Shown here piece after piece: positions 1-12,071 of a DNA stretch of 64,000 nucleotides. The stretch comes from Squalus acanthias (lineage: Eukaryota). Under the pieces are notes generated by a model. The model ran no database searches. It had not been told where the DNA came from and was given only the letters and a program-made list of their open reading frames with translations. The DNA lies in contig CM059433.1 in the NCBI GenBank assembly GCA_030390025.1, positions 8,372,001 to 8,436,000 of the forward strand, written 5' to 3'. Made by a program: the position numbers and the translations under genes. Numbering within the stretch: the stretch's first letter is position 1; the number at the start of each line of letters is the position of its first letter.

Positions 1-255
1 ATTTAATCTCTCCTGCCTTCCACCCTATCACAGACCGTCCCTTTAGTTCCTTCCTCCCCTCCCTTCCCCCCCCCCGCCTTTCCCTGCCTCTGCACCTGCT
101 TAAAACCTGTTACATCCCTAACTTTTTCCAGTTCTGACGAAGGGGCACAGACCTGAAATGTTGACTCTGTTTCTCTCTCTCCACAGATGCTGCCTGACCT
201 GCTGAGTATTTCCAGCATTTTCTGTTGTAATTTCAGATTTCCAGCAGCCGCAGGA
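1..255 (+). mobile_element. Penelope-like element (PLE)-associated terminal repeat with a partly degenerate minimal hammerhead ribozyme (130-165)
   Basis: agtt-CTGACGA-aggggc-acag-acct-GAAA-tgtt-gact, followed by ctctccacagatgctgcctgacctgctgag. Same family as 21609-21706 and 33531-33662 on the minus strand. Confidence 0.7.
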
Positions 256-546
256 TTTTGCTGTTGGATTAGTGTATGAAGCGCGATGGATCAAAGGGCT
301 GCATCTGAAGAACTCCTTCACTGAACATGATGAAATTGTCATATCAAAGAGTGCAGTCTAAAGTGACTGAGTGTAACTTTCTGTAGTACTGAGCGCAGTA
401 TTTTCCGTGGCGTTCCTTGATGGCGATAATTTCAAAGTTGAACAATTTTCCTGCTGTGAGACAACGTTTGAATCAAAAAGCATTTTATTTAGAAATCAGT
501 GTGAGAGAAAATATAATGTATGTAAACACCAGCTGACAGTAGCATC

Positions 547-1050
547 TTCTTCCTTCTCAGGCAGTCCCTCGGAGCTGAGGATGACTTGCTTCCACACTAA
601 AAATGAGTTCTCAGGTGACTGATGAGTCCAATGCGGGACCTACAGTCTCTGTCACAGGTGGGGCAGACGGTGGTTGAAGGGGCGGGTGGGTGGGGTGCTT
701 GGATTGACGTGCGCTCCTTCCGCTGCTTGTGCTTGGCTTCCGCTCGCTCCCGGCGAAGAGACTCCAGGTGTTCGGCGCCTTCCCGGATGCTTCTCCTCCA
801 CTTTGTGCGGTCTTGGGCCAGGGATTCCCAGGTGTCGGTGGGGATGTTGCACTTTTTCAAGGAAGCTTTGAGGGTGTCCTTGAAGCGTGTCCTCTGCCCA
901 CCTGGGGCTCTCTTGCCGTGCCGGAGCTCCGAGTAGAGCGCTTGTTTTGGGCGTCTCGTATCGGGCATGCGGACAATGTGGCCCGTCCATCGGAGCTGAT
1001 CGAGCGTGGTCAAAGCTTCGATGCTGGGGATGTTGGACTGAGCAAGAACA
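547..1050 (-). mobile_element. RTE-clade (BovB-like) LINE, 5'-truncated 3' end
   Basis: ORF 597-1013 reads QLRWTGHIVRMPDTRRPKQALYSEL...CPTCDRDCRSRIGLISHLRTH (RTE C-terminus with C2H2-like motif). 14-bp TSD ctgacagtagcatc at 533-546 and 1051-1064. Confidence 0.9.
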
Positions 1051-1384
1051 CTGACAGTAGCATCGCGACCTTGGTTTCATATCACATGGAATAAAATGGC
1101 ACTTAGGGCCTTTCTGTTATAACATAATTTCAGCCCAAGTATGTGTCTTGAGTCACATGATGTTTCCATACACTTTCATCCTCTTGACCCACATTGGTCA
1201 CGTTGCCAGGGAGCACACGAGGCCATCTGGACCATATGGAATTTTGACAATTTTCACAGGCAAATCAGCAATTTTCACTGTGTTATTGAAAACAGTTTTC
1301 ACCTGATTGCGATAAAGCAAAAGTCCAATCTAATAGATCCCTCACTTTGGTTGGAGGCTGCACTCATTTACAAAATTCAGTAGT

Positions 1385-1640
1385 GGGATAACATTGGCCC
1401 TGCATCGATGGAACCTGGGTTTGAATCCAGCCCTGCGTTAAAAGTTTCCGTTCTCTGCTAATGGTGAGGGTCCGTTATAAAATGAGTTTAAAGGGCTTGA
1501 CCCAGTATCTAGTGGGTGAGGCCCACAATGCGAACTTCTCGCAGTTTGACACTAAATCGGCAAATTTCTTTCACAGAAGCCACAACAAGTGGGAGACGTC
1601 ACATTGGTGCGGTGATGTGTGCTCTTCCGAAGGTGCATAG
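1385..1640 (+). mobile_element. Ancient LF-SINE-like element (degraded)
   Basis: B-box-like gggtttgaatccagccc, then aaaatgagttt...cccagtatctagtggg...gacactaaatcggca, collinear with the LF-SINE consensus as I recall it. Confidence 0.5.
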
Positions 1641-2029
1641 TTTGTATTCCAGGACACCAGCTCTCTTATCCCAGTAGTAGAATTACAAACCCATGAAATA
1701 CGGTCTACAGGTCTGCTGCCAGGACAAAGAAGTTGGGTCGAACATTACAAGTGCTAGAATGCTGCTCTCCCAGACACCAAACTAAACCAGCCCAGTATAA
1801 AATTGTTCTGAAAAAAAGGTTTTACAGCAAACTGTTGAGTTAGTACTGTACATGGATGTGCTACACCCGATCTAGGAGTGCTTGACGTTGATATAAAGGC
1901 CCCGATATTAACTGGAAAGCCATGCGGAGCAGATCTATGGCCTTGCCAACTTCCTTCCTGTCCCATTCACCACTCCCAACGCTGACCCTGTGGATTCTCC
2001 CAACGGATCAGCTATCGCCAGCCCTCTCC

Positions 2030-3014
2030 GCAACTCCCTCCAGAAAACATGTCAGGTTCCACAGGTACGCTAACGACACCCAGCTCTACCTCACCACCAC
2101 CTCTCTCGACCCCTCCAGTGCCTCTGATTTGTCACGCTGTTTGTCCGGTGAGCAGAAATTTCCTTCAATAAACTATTGAGCAGACCGAAGCCATTGTCTT
2201 CAGTCCCCGCCTCAAACTTCATTCCCCAAGCCACCGACTCCATCCCTCTCCCTGGCCACTGTCTGAGGCCGAAACAGACTGTTTGCAACCTTGGTGTCAT
2301 CTTTGACCCCAAGATGAGCTTCCGATCGCACATGCTCTCCATCACCGACACCGCCTATTTCCACCTCTGTAACATCGCCCGTCTCCATCTCAGCCTCAGC
2401 TCATCTGCTGCTGAAACTCTCATCCATGCCTTTGTTACCTCTAGACTCGACTATTCCAACGCACTCCTGGCTGGCCTCCCACGTTCCACCCTCTGTAAAC
2501 TTGAGATCATCCAAAACTCGGCTGCCCGTGTCCTAACTCGCATCAAGTCCCGTTTGCCCATCTCCCCTGTGCTCGCTGACCTACATTGGCTCCCCATTCG
2601 GCAACGCCTTGATTTAAAAATTCTCATAGTTGTTTTCAAATCCCCCTATGGCCTCGCCCCTCCCTATCTCTGTAACCTCCTCCAGCCCCACAACCCTCCA
2701 AGATCTCTGCGCTCCTCCAATTCTGGCCTCTTGAGCATCCCTGATTTCCATCGCTCCACTATTGGCGGCCGTGCTTTCAGCTGCCAAGGCCCTACGCTCT
2801 GGAATTCCCTCCCTAAGCCTCTCTACTCTACTCCTACTTCTCTCTCCTCCTTTAAGAAGCTCCTTAAAACTTACCTCTTTGACCAAGCCTGTCCTAATAT
2901 CTCCTGATGTGGCTCGGTGTCAAATGTTGTTTGATAATTGCTCCTGTGAGGCGCTCTGGGACGTTTTACTACATTAAAGGCGCTGTATAAATACAAGTTG
3001 TTGTTGTTGTTGTT
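2030..3014 (+). mobile_element. L2-clade LINE 3' fragment
   Basis: YANDTQLY (YADD-like motif), RLDYSNALLAGLP and LHWLP in translation; ends aaaggcgctgtataaatacaag(ttg)n. Confidence 0.9.
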
Positions 3015-3808
3015 GGCAGGAACTCACAAAAATTTGATAATTTGGTGGAATCTGCCACCTTTATCAGAGGGCCGATTTAAACTGTGCTTGATTCCATTAA
3101 CCCTCTTCCAGGTCCCACATCCACCATTCCATTGACGGCAGTGTATTGCCGGCGGCCAGTATGATTGGGGCAGAGAAGGTAGGAAATCTGGTGGATTGTG
3201 CCATCCCGCTGACTCCCCTCCTTTTTTCAATGCCAGACCTCCGGAATTTCTGCCCAACCCTTCCACCACGGGAAATTCATGTGATAAAGAAGGTCTTTGA
3301 GGTGGAGAGGGCCCAGCCCCGTTTTCCACCCCTGTCACATTAGTACCACTGACCCCAGACGCACCACTGGCCACAAGGAAATTCGGGGCCACTGTTCCAA
3401 AAATTAAATTCTCGGAAATACACGAGGATACCTCAACTTATGTGTTTTTTCCAACAATTTTGATAGTAATTGTGAAGTAAAAAGCCCATTGATAAGGGCC
3501 CTGACATTCTGAGGGTGCTAGCAATTTCCTGTCATAACTCCAGTGGGAGACCGGTAAAACCCCCTGAGAAGCTGTATAACTCTTCGATTCTCAATAAAAA
3601 TGCATTTTTAAAAATCTATCATAAGACCATTACAATCGGATGCACCTATTTCACTGAAACCAACCAGCGAGACAAAGGTGATTTGATAATATTATTGGCG
3701 TTCCCCTTTAGAGGCACTCGTACTGAATCAAAGGACTTCTGTTGAAGTTCATTCAGGTCCAACGGCCTAATTTATTTATCATCAAGCTGATCTTTGCCAT
3801 GCTAAATA

Positions 3809-4288
3809 AAAAGAAAAAGAAAGACTTGCATTTATATAGCGCCTTTCACGACCACCGGACGTCTCAAAACGCTTTACAGCCAATGAAGTACTTTTTGAAG
3901 TGGGGTCACTGTTGTAATGTGGGAAACGCGGCAGCCAATTTGTGCACAGCAAGCTCCCACAAACAGCAATGTGATAATGACCAGATAATGTTTTTTTGTT
4001 ATGTTGGTTGAGGGATAAATATTGGCCAGGACACGGGGGATAACTCCCCTGCTCTTCTTCAAAATAGTGGTCATGGGGATCTTTTACAGCCACCTGAGAG
4101 AGCAGACGGGGCCTCGGTTTAATGTCTCATCTGAAAGACGGCACCTCTGACAGTGCAGCACTCCCTCAGCACTGCACTGGGAGTGTCAGCCTAGCTTTAT
4201 GTGCTCAAGTCCCTGGAGTGGGGACTGTGAATCCACAACCTTCTGACTCAGAGAGGCGAGTGTGCTACCCACTGAACCACAGCTGACA
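3809..4288 (-). mobile_element. SacSINE1/DeuSINE-like tRNA-derived SINE, full length
   Basis: tRNA-like head (gtcagctgtggttcagtgggtagcacactcgcc), central Deu-domain-like region, L2-like tail; many near-identical copies in the window. Confidence 0.9.
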
Positions 4289-4332
4289 TTTCAAGCTCTT
4301 GGATTGGCCCAGCAATATGTTTGAACATATTC

Positions 4333-4648
4333 ACAGAATCACAGAATCCCCACAGTGCAGATAGAGGCCATTTCGGCCCATCGAGCCTGCACCGACACAT
4401 ATCCCATCCTATCCCCGTAACCCCACGTATTTAATCCCCCCTAACACTAAGGGTCAATTTATCATAGCCAAATCAACCTAACCCGCACATCTTTGGACTG
4501 TGGGAGGAAACCGGAGCACCCGGAGGAAACCCACGCAGACACGGGGAGAATGTGCAAACTCCACACAGACAGTCACCCGAGGCCGGATCGAACCCGGGTC
4601 CCTGGCGCTGTGAGGTAACAGCGCTAACCACTATGCCACCGTGTTGCC
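4333..4648 (-). mobile_element. HE1-like V-SINE
   Basis: Minus strand: gggcaacacggtggcatagtggttagc head, V-domain gtgtggagtttgcacattctccccgtgtctgcgtgggtttcctccgggtgctccggtttcctccc, CR1-type (attctgtg)n tail. Confidence 0.85.
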
Positions 4649-4956
4649 CGTATTCCTCCGATTTACGACATCTTTGTGGCTTCCAATATTGCAACTCTCT
4701 TTTGCTTTGTTTTTTTTGTTTTTCTGAGGAGAGATTAAATGGTACTTAAAGCAACAAATGAACAGAGATTTATAGATGGTTGAAAATCAAACTTGTGATG
4801 GGGTCAGGGCTTCATGGGCCTATTTAACTAAGCAGTACTTTTAAATATAACAACATGCCTATTAATCATCATCAATGGGAGCAGTGTTTTGATAATCAGG
4901 CAATCTTGTGTCATTTAGCTCAAACTATGCAGGGCTTTATTGGATTCATACATATT

Positions 4957-5087
4957 AGCCCCGAATTTGAGGGACTCTGTTCCTGGCGGGAGCGCAGGTC
5001 AGGTGAGTGGACTCCGAGGTCAGACATCACGTTTGATTCGCTGTGCTCCTGATTTTCCGGTTGTTAAACTCTTGTAATTTCGGGGCT
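4957..5087. mobile_element. Short MITE, Harbinger-type
   Basis: TIR agccccgaattt / aatttcggggct (1 mismatch in 12); 3-bp TSD ATT on both sides. Confidence 0.65.
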
Positions 5088-5214
5088 ATTGTTCCATGTA
5101 GCATATTAATTCGGTGCATTATTAAAATGAAATAGCAACTGTGGTGTCGCAGTCTGCTTCATTGTACAGACCTCAATGAAATCTAGGCATAGATGGATAC
5201 ATTTTCCTGCCCTT

Positions 5215-5557
5215 TGTTTTTTTTTCGTTCATGGGATGTGGGCGTCGCTGGCAAGGCCAGCATTTATTGCCCATCCCTAGTTGCCCATTGAGAAGGTGGT
5301 GGTGAGCCGCCTTCTTGAACCGCTGCAGTCCGTGTGGTGAAGGTACTCCCACAGTGCTGTTAGGGAGGGAGTTCCAGGATTTTGACCCAGCGACGATGAA
5401 GGATCAGCCGATATATTTCCAAGTCAGGATGGTGTGTGACTTGGAGGGGAACTTGGAGGTGGTGGTGTTCCCATGCGCCTGCTGCCCTTGTCCTTCTAGG
5501 TGGAAGAGGTCGCGGGTTTGGGAGGTGCTGCCGAAGGAGCCTTGGCGAGTTGCTGGC
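5215..5557 (-). mobile_element. CR1-like LINE (second family) 3' end
   Basis: Reverse complement of the 3' ends at 29670-30120 and 62845-63460, with poly-A tail. Confidence 0.85.
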
Positions 5558-5888
5558 GAATGCTTATTCTATGGTCACAAAATGGAGGAAAATGTGGCAC
5601 AAACCCATGGCAACCAGGTTTTGCCCCCCTTCATGTAGCCCCAGGATTCATGGGTCTTCCCCTAAGGCGGGGGTAGAATGCTTGAACTTACAATAGTGCT
5701 GGCTAAAGGCTGCAATGTTAATGAGGGGTAGGGGCTGTTCCCTATCTTCAATTTCCAGTTGGCTAGTCAATGGGGGTGGGAGGGGTCCATTTTGAGAAAT
5801 GGGCCTTAGTCTTTTTGCAGTGACCTCCCTCTCCAATTGGATTGCAAAGAAGCCGGAACGAGAAGGCAAGTCCGTTTTTAATTCTGAG

Positions 5889-7030
5889 TACAACAACAAC
5901 AACAACAACAACGTGCACTTATATAGCGCCTTTAATGCAGCAAATGTCCCGAGGTGCTGCACAAGATCGTGATCGATAAAAGATTTTGACACCGAACCGC
6001 AGCAGGAGATATCAAGACTTGGTCAAAGAGGTAGTTTTTAATGACCATCTTAAAGGAGGAGAGAGAGGTGGAGAGGTTTAGGCAGGGAATTCCAGAGCTT
6101 AGGGCCTCGGCAGCTGAAGGAACGGCCGCCAATGGTGGAGCGAATAAAATCGGGGAACTCAAGATGCCGGAATGGAGGAGCGCAGAGATCTCGGGGGGGG
6201 GTTGTGGGGCTGAAGGAGATTACAGAGATAGGGAGGGGCGAGGCCATGGAGGGATTTGAAAACAAGGATGAGAATTTTTAAATTGAGGCGTTTGCGGACT
6301 GGGGGCCAGTGTAGGTCAGCGAGCACAGGGGTGATGGGTGAACGAGACTTGGTGCGAGTTAGGACACGGGCAGCCGAGTTTTGGAAGAGCAGCACAAGTT
6401 TACATAGCGTGGAATGTGGGAGGCCAGCCAGGAGAGCATTGGAATAGTCAAGTCTAGAGGTAACAAAGACATGGATGAGGGTTTCAGCAGCAGATGAGCT
6501 GAGGCAGGGGCGGAGTCGGGCGACGTTACGGAGGTGGAAGTAGGCGGTCTTGGTGATGGTGCTGATATGTGGTCGGAAGCTCATTCGGGTCAAACACAAC
6601 ACCAAGGTTGCGCACGGTCTGGCTCAGCTTCAGACAGTTGCCAGGGAGAGGGATGGAAACGGTGGCTCGGGAACAGAGTTTGCGGAGTGGACCAAAGACA
6701 ATGGCTTCAGTCTTCCCAATGTTTAGTTGGAGGAAATTTCTGCTCATCCAATACCAGATGACGGACAAGCAGTGTGTCAATTTAGAGACTGTGGAGGGGT
6801 TGAGCGAGGTGGTGGTGAGGTAGAGCTGGGTGTCATCAGCATACATGTGGAACCTGATGTGTTTTCAGGATGATGTTGCCGAGGGGCAGCATGTAGATGA
6901 GAAATAGGAGGGGGCCAAGGATAGATCCTTGGGGGACATCAGAGGTAAACGGTACGGGTGAGTGGGAAGAGAAGCCGTTGCAGATAATTCTCTGGCTACG
7001 ATTCGATAGATAAGAATGGAACCAGGCAAA
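5889..7030 (-). mobile_element. L2-clade LINE 3' fragment, frameshifted RT
   Basis: VPQGSILGPLLFLIYM, MYADDTQLY and RLDYSNALLAGLP across ORFs 6836-7102, 6526-6846 and 6159-6605; (caa)n tail at 5889-5912. Confidence 0.9.
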
Positions 7031-7199
7031 CATCGTGCCAGGGATCAACACAGGAGGCCTCCTGGTTGCTGCTTTTATATAACAGTTGGAAGACCCTGAC
7101 AATAGTGGCAGTTGCCATTGCTGCAGGCCTCTTTGTGGCAGACTTTCCTTCCCTTACTTGGGGTGGGCCTGTGCCGGGAGAATGCAGGGGCCAAGCAAA

Positions 7200-8306
7200 T
7201 CAGATAATATACTAGCATGGATTGAGATTGGTTAACGGACAGAAAACAGAGAGTAGGAATAAACGGGTCATTTTCGGGTTGGCAGGCTGTAACTAGTGGG
7301 GTACCGCAAGGATCAGTGCTTGGGCCTCAGCTATTCACAATCTACAACATTGATTTGGATGAGGAGACCGAATGTAATATATCCAAGTTTGCTGATGATA
7401 CAAAGCTGGGTGGGAATGTAAGTTGTGAGGAGGATACAAGGAGGCTTCAAGGGGATATAGACTGCCTAAGTGAGTTGGGCAAGAACATGGCAAATGGAAT
7501 ATAATGTGGAGAAATGTGAAGTTATCCACTTTGGTAGGAAAAATAGAAAAGCAGAGTATTTTTTAAATGGTGAGTGATTGGGAAATGTTGGTGTTCAGAA
7601 GGACCTGGGTGTCCTTGTACACGAATCACTGAAAGTTAACATGCAGGTACAGCAAGCAATTGGGAAAGCAAATGGTATGTTGGCCTTTATTACAAGTATA
7701 AGAGTAAAGACGTCTTACTGCAATTATATAGGGCCCTGGTGAGACCACACCTGGAGTATTGTGTACAGTTTTGGTCTCCTTACCTAAGGAAGGGATATAC
7801 TTGCCATAGAGGGAGTGCATCGAAGATTCACCAGACTGGTTCCTGGGATGGGCGGATTGTCCTATGAGGAGAGATTGAGTCGACTAGGCCTATATTCTCT
7901 AGAGTTTAGAAGAATGAGAGTGATCTCATTGAAACATACTAAATTTTACATGGCTTGACAGGGTAGATGCAGGGAGGATGTTTCCCCTGGCTGGGGAGTC
8001 TAGAACCAGGGGTCACAGTCTCAGAATTAGGGGTTGGCAATTTAAGACTGAGATGAGGAGAAATGTCTTCACTCAGAGGGTGGTGAATCTTTGGAATTCT
8101 CTACCCCAGAGGGCTGTGGAGGCTCAGTCGTTGAGTATATTCAGACAGAGATCGATAGATTTTTGAATATTAAGGGCATGAAGGGATATGAGGATAGTTC
8201 AGGAAAGTGGAGTTGAGGTGAAGATCAGCCATGATCTTATTGAATGGCTGGAGCAGGCTCGAAGGGCCAAATGGCCGACTCCTGCTCCTATTTCTTATGT
8301 TCTTAT
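7200..8306 (+). mobile_element. CR1-clade LINE 3' fragment
   Basis: LGPQLFTIY, ISKFADDTKLGG and FTQRVVNLWNSLP; (ttcttatg)n tail. Confidence 0.9.
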
Positions 8307-8359
8307 TTTCTAGATCAATTCACAAAACTATGTGGATTCAGATCAGACACATTGCACTT

Positions 8360-9370
8360 GTGTGTGCGCGAGTGTGTGTCTATCTGTATGTGGATGCTGG
8401 ATGTAAACGGAAATGGGCTCGGCTGTGATAACCCCATGGTCAAATAACTTGAAAACACTCAGGGCTCGATTTTGTCAATGGGGATGTGATGGAGGCGGGA
8501 CTCCCACTTTTTGGATTGTAGTCCCGTCTCCATCGATTTGTGGCCAACCCACGCTACTTTCCCTTGATTGACCTTGTTAAGCCCGCCCAGCGGGCTCAGC
8601 AGGCCAATTAAGGGACACCTGGATACTGGTGACGTCAGCGATTGACATTTCATCTGTCAAGAGCTTTTGACAGATGAAATATCAGCATTTGACAGCTCTG
8701 TGAAGCTGTCAAACAGTGACAATCTGTCTTCTATCTTGAGTCCTTCTACTCAGCCTCAGTTAGAGAGCTCTCCAGACCAGAAAGCACAGGCTGCAGCTTT
8801 TGACAGCTCAGCGGCCATTCTGCTTTCTGTGCCGGTGAGCTGAGGGACTCCCGAGAACTGAAGGGAGGAAGCCTGGAGGAGAAACTAAAGGTAAGTAAAA
8901 CTTATTAAAACACTTTACACACACCAAACACACTTACCTCTGCACTCATGCACCCATCACTCACCTGTACACCGGACATCTCGACCCCTCCAAGCCCTGC
9001 AGACCGACGGTCCGCCTCGCTAACTTGGCGTGGTTTGGAGCCGTCGGGCAGCCCACACTTCAGGGCTAAAAATAGGGATTAGCCAAAAAACTGCCTGTTA
9101 ACAGGCACTAATCCCCTTCCCGCCTCGGGGAGGCGGCTCCCAGCACAGGTCGGGTACCTGCCTCCTGGGAAACTGGCATGGAGGCGGGTTGGGGGCGGGA
9201 TGGGTTCGGGACCCCCGAATCTGCTATTTTCCCACCACTCCCGCCTCCAAACCTGCCTCCACGGGGCTTGGAAAATCGAGCCCTCATTGTCTAAGCTCGT
9301 TCATTAAGAATGGCAACTTGAGTGAGGTGACAGAAGATTGTTGGTAAAAATAAAGCTGTACTGCAGCATG
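8360..9370 (+). mobile_element. Old SINE-like repeat split by the MITE at 8462-9283
   Basis: gggctcggctgtgataaccccatggtcaaataac...cactca|ttgtctaagctcg...aagaatggcaacttgagtgagg; similar to 23700-24080, 10310-10620 (minus) and 61330-61470. Confidence 0.5.
8462..9283. mobile_element. Non-autonomous Harbinger-type DNA transposon (MITE)
   Basis: Perfect 12-bp TIR gggctcgatttt / aaaatcgagccc; TSD TCA at 8459-8461 and 9284-9286. Confidence 0.85.
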
Positions 9371-9435
9371 AGCTCATGCTATATTAAACGGAACGAGAGA
9401 AAAGAATTACCTTTGACATGCTGAATGTGCACTGT

Positions 9436-9886
9436 GTGTCAGCTGTGGCTCAGTGGGTAGCACACTCGCCTCTGAGTCAGAAGGTTGTGGGTTCACAGTC
9501 CCCACTCCAGGGACTTGAGCACATAAAGCTAGGCTGACACTCCAGTGCAGTGCTGAGGGAGGGCTGCACTGTCGGAGGTGCTGTCTTTCAGATGAGACGT
9601 TAAACCGAGGCCCCGTCTGCTTTCTCAGGATGGACGTAAAAGATCCCTCAAGTCTGTTTTGAAGAAGAGCAGGGGAGTTATCCCTGGTGTCCTGGGGCCA
9701 ATTTTTATCCCTCAACCAACATAACAAAAAACAGATTATCTGGTCATTATCACATTGCTGTTTGTGGGAGCTTGCTGTGCGCAAATTGGCTGCCGCGTTT
9801 CCTACAGTACAACAGTGACCACACTTCATTGGGTGTAAAGCGCTTTGAGACGTCCGGTGGTTGCTACATCAATCCAAGTCTTTCTT
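9436..9886 (+). mobile_element. SacSINE1/DeuSINE-like SINE
   Basis: Same sequence family as 3809-4288. Confidence 0.9.
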
Positions 9887-10309
9887 TGCACCTACCTGAA
9901 CTGGCCCGCGGTTTGTAAGAATATTCCTCAGTTTCTGCCATATCTTTGTGGCTTCCTATCATGTGCCACAATGTTACTACCTACTCTCTGCAGCCCATCA
10001 AAATTAATCTGTTTCCTGTTGCAAGATATTATCTGACTATTTAACATATTTTTCCAACCTCAAACCCACCTCACTTTACTGAGTACTGAATCTCGAATTC
10101 ATCCAATTTATTTTTGGAATGTTTCCAATGAGTCAGCTAATACAGATTTGCTGTCTCTAATTGCATAATTCAACAATTCTACATGTGAGGATATTCCTTG
10201 TTATGGTTAGCTTGTGGTTTCTTTAACTTGTACTCATGCTCTCTGATTCTTTAACCTCTTTTCATCCATATAGTCAACTCGTTTTTTTTAAATATGGATC
10301 ATGTCCTCC

Positions 10310-10379
10310 GACAGAGCGAGTGTCAATAGACTACTTAACCACGGGAGCCATCATAGCAGAGCCTGATCCTCACCTGACA

Positions 10380-10411
<32 letters not shown>

Positions 10412-10620
10412 TTTTCAGTAGGGGACTGGACAGCAATGAGGAGCGGGAAGCCGGCCTAGGAACGTTGAGGCCAATTGTAGCACATTTTTCTCGTTAAGCC
10501 CACCATTGCTGTTGCAATAGATATCATCGAACCAAGCTCAGACCAGGATCAATCCAGGGGTTGACTTGCTCTATAAAGCTCAGCACCATCCTATGCAACA
10601 TATTTGGCCACTGATCCATC
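10310..10620 (-). mobile_element. Old SINE-like repeat containing a (CA)n microsatellite (about 10384-10411)
   Basis: Reverse-complement similarity to 23700-24080; (ac)n run seen directly. Confidence 0.45.
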
Positions 10621-10692
10621 ATGGGAGCCATTGTTTGCAAATATAAATAAACACACACTTGAGAAGGGAAATGTCCACGCTAGGAGCTAGTG

Positions 10693-11156
10693 GTGTCAGC
10701 TGTGGCTCAGTGGTCGTGCTGTCACCTCTTGATTCAGAAGGTCGTGGGTTCACGTCCCACACCAGAGACTTTGAGCACGAATTCATGGGTCTTCCCCTAA
10801 GGGGTGGCAGAATGCAGGAAGTACTGTTTTTCAGAGGAGATGTTAAACCGAGGCCCCGTCTGCTCTCTCAAGTGGACGTAAAAGATCCCATGGCACTATT
10901 TCGAAGAAGAGCAGGGGAGTTATCCCCGGTGTCCTGGCCAATATTTATCCCTCAACCAACATAACAAAAACAGATTATCTGGTCATTATCACGTTGCTGT
11001 TTGTGGGAGCTTGCTGTGTGCAAATTGGCTGCCGCTTTTCCCACATTCCAACAGTGACTACACTCCAAAAGTTCTTCATTGGCTGTAAAGCGCTTTGAGA
11101 CGTCCGGTGATCATGAAAGGCGCTATAGAAATGTAACTCTTTCTTTCTTTCTTTTC
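10693..11156 (+). mobile_element. SacSINE1/DeuSINE-like SINE with a replaced internal segment
   Basis: Family match; about 10780-10825 is non-SINE sequence that matches 5646-5681. Confidence 0.85.
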
Positions 11157-11644
11157 TCAAATAAAGAGTCTTCACAAGTGCCCATGAGTCAGATCCCATT
11201 TCAAGAAGAAATATCAGACTTCCAACAGTACCTTCAGAGCAAAGGAAACATGTTAAACATTCAGAGGGATCAGCCATTAGAAAATGGCAACCTCTCTTTA
11301 CGATAAATCAAAGGAAACGTGATTTTTATCTTCATGTAAATAATTGGAAATGCTTCTATCATGTGGTTTCAATAGACATGAATACGCACCGTCAAACATA
11401 TTCAGGATTATGTTTCATTATCCTGGCCTCCTTCTTTCTTCCACATCTACAGTCTCTGGATCCCATCAAAGAGCTGTCACTCCGCCATTTTTCTCATACT
11501 TCAATGTTCCACTGGATCTGTGTATATTTTTTCACACCTTTTAAAGCATGCTTTTAGCAGTTTGATTAACATGTTCAGTAAAACCGCTAACGTTGGAGAG
11601 GAAAACAGTACAAGATAGGAAAGGGGTCTCCTTCTTAAAATTTG

Positions 11645-12070
11645 TCCCACTCCAGGGACTTGAGTACATAAAGCTAGGCTGACACTCCCAGTGCAGTGCT
11701 GAGGGAGTGCCGCACTGTCGGAGGTGCCATCTTTCAGATGAGACATTAAACTGAGGCCCCGTCTGCGCTCTCAGGTGGACGTAAAAGATCCCCATGGGCA
11801 CTATTTCGAAGAAGAGCAGGGGAGTTATCCCCGGTGTCCTGGCCAATATTTATCCCTCAATCAACATAACAAAAAAACAGATGATCTGATCATTATCACA
11901 TTGCTGTTTGTGGGAGCTTGCTGTGCGCAAATTGGCTGCCATGTTTCCTACATTACAACAGTGACCGCGCTTCACAGGTAGCACATTGGCTGTAAAGTGC
12001 TTTAGGACATCCTGAGGTCATGAAAGGCATTATTTAAATGCAAGTTTTTTCTTTCGTTCTTTTTTCTTTT
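11645..12070 (+). mobile_element. SacSINE1/DeuSINE-like SINE, 5'-truncated
   Basis: Family match starting at gtcccactccagggacttgag. Confidence 0.85.
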
Positions 12071-12071
12071 A

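Noticed and set aside
9436..9510. tRNA-like sequences at SINE 5' ends (also 4580-4648 and 30462-30545)
   Set aside because: A-box/B-box heads of SINEs that continue into the SINE body; no complete cloverleaf is supported.
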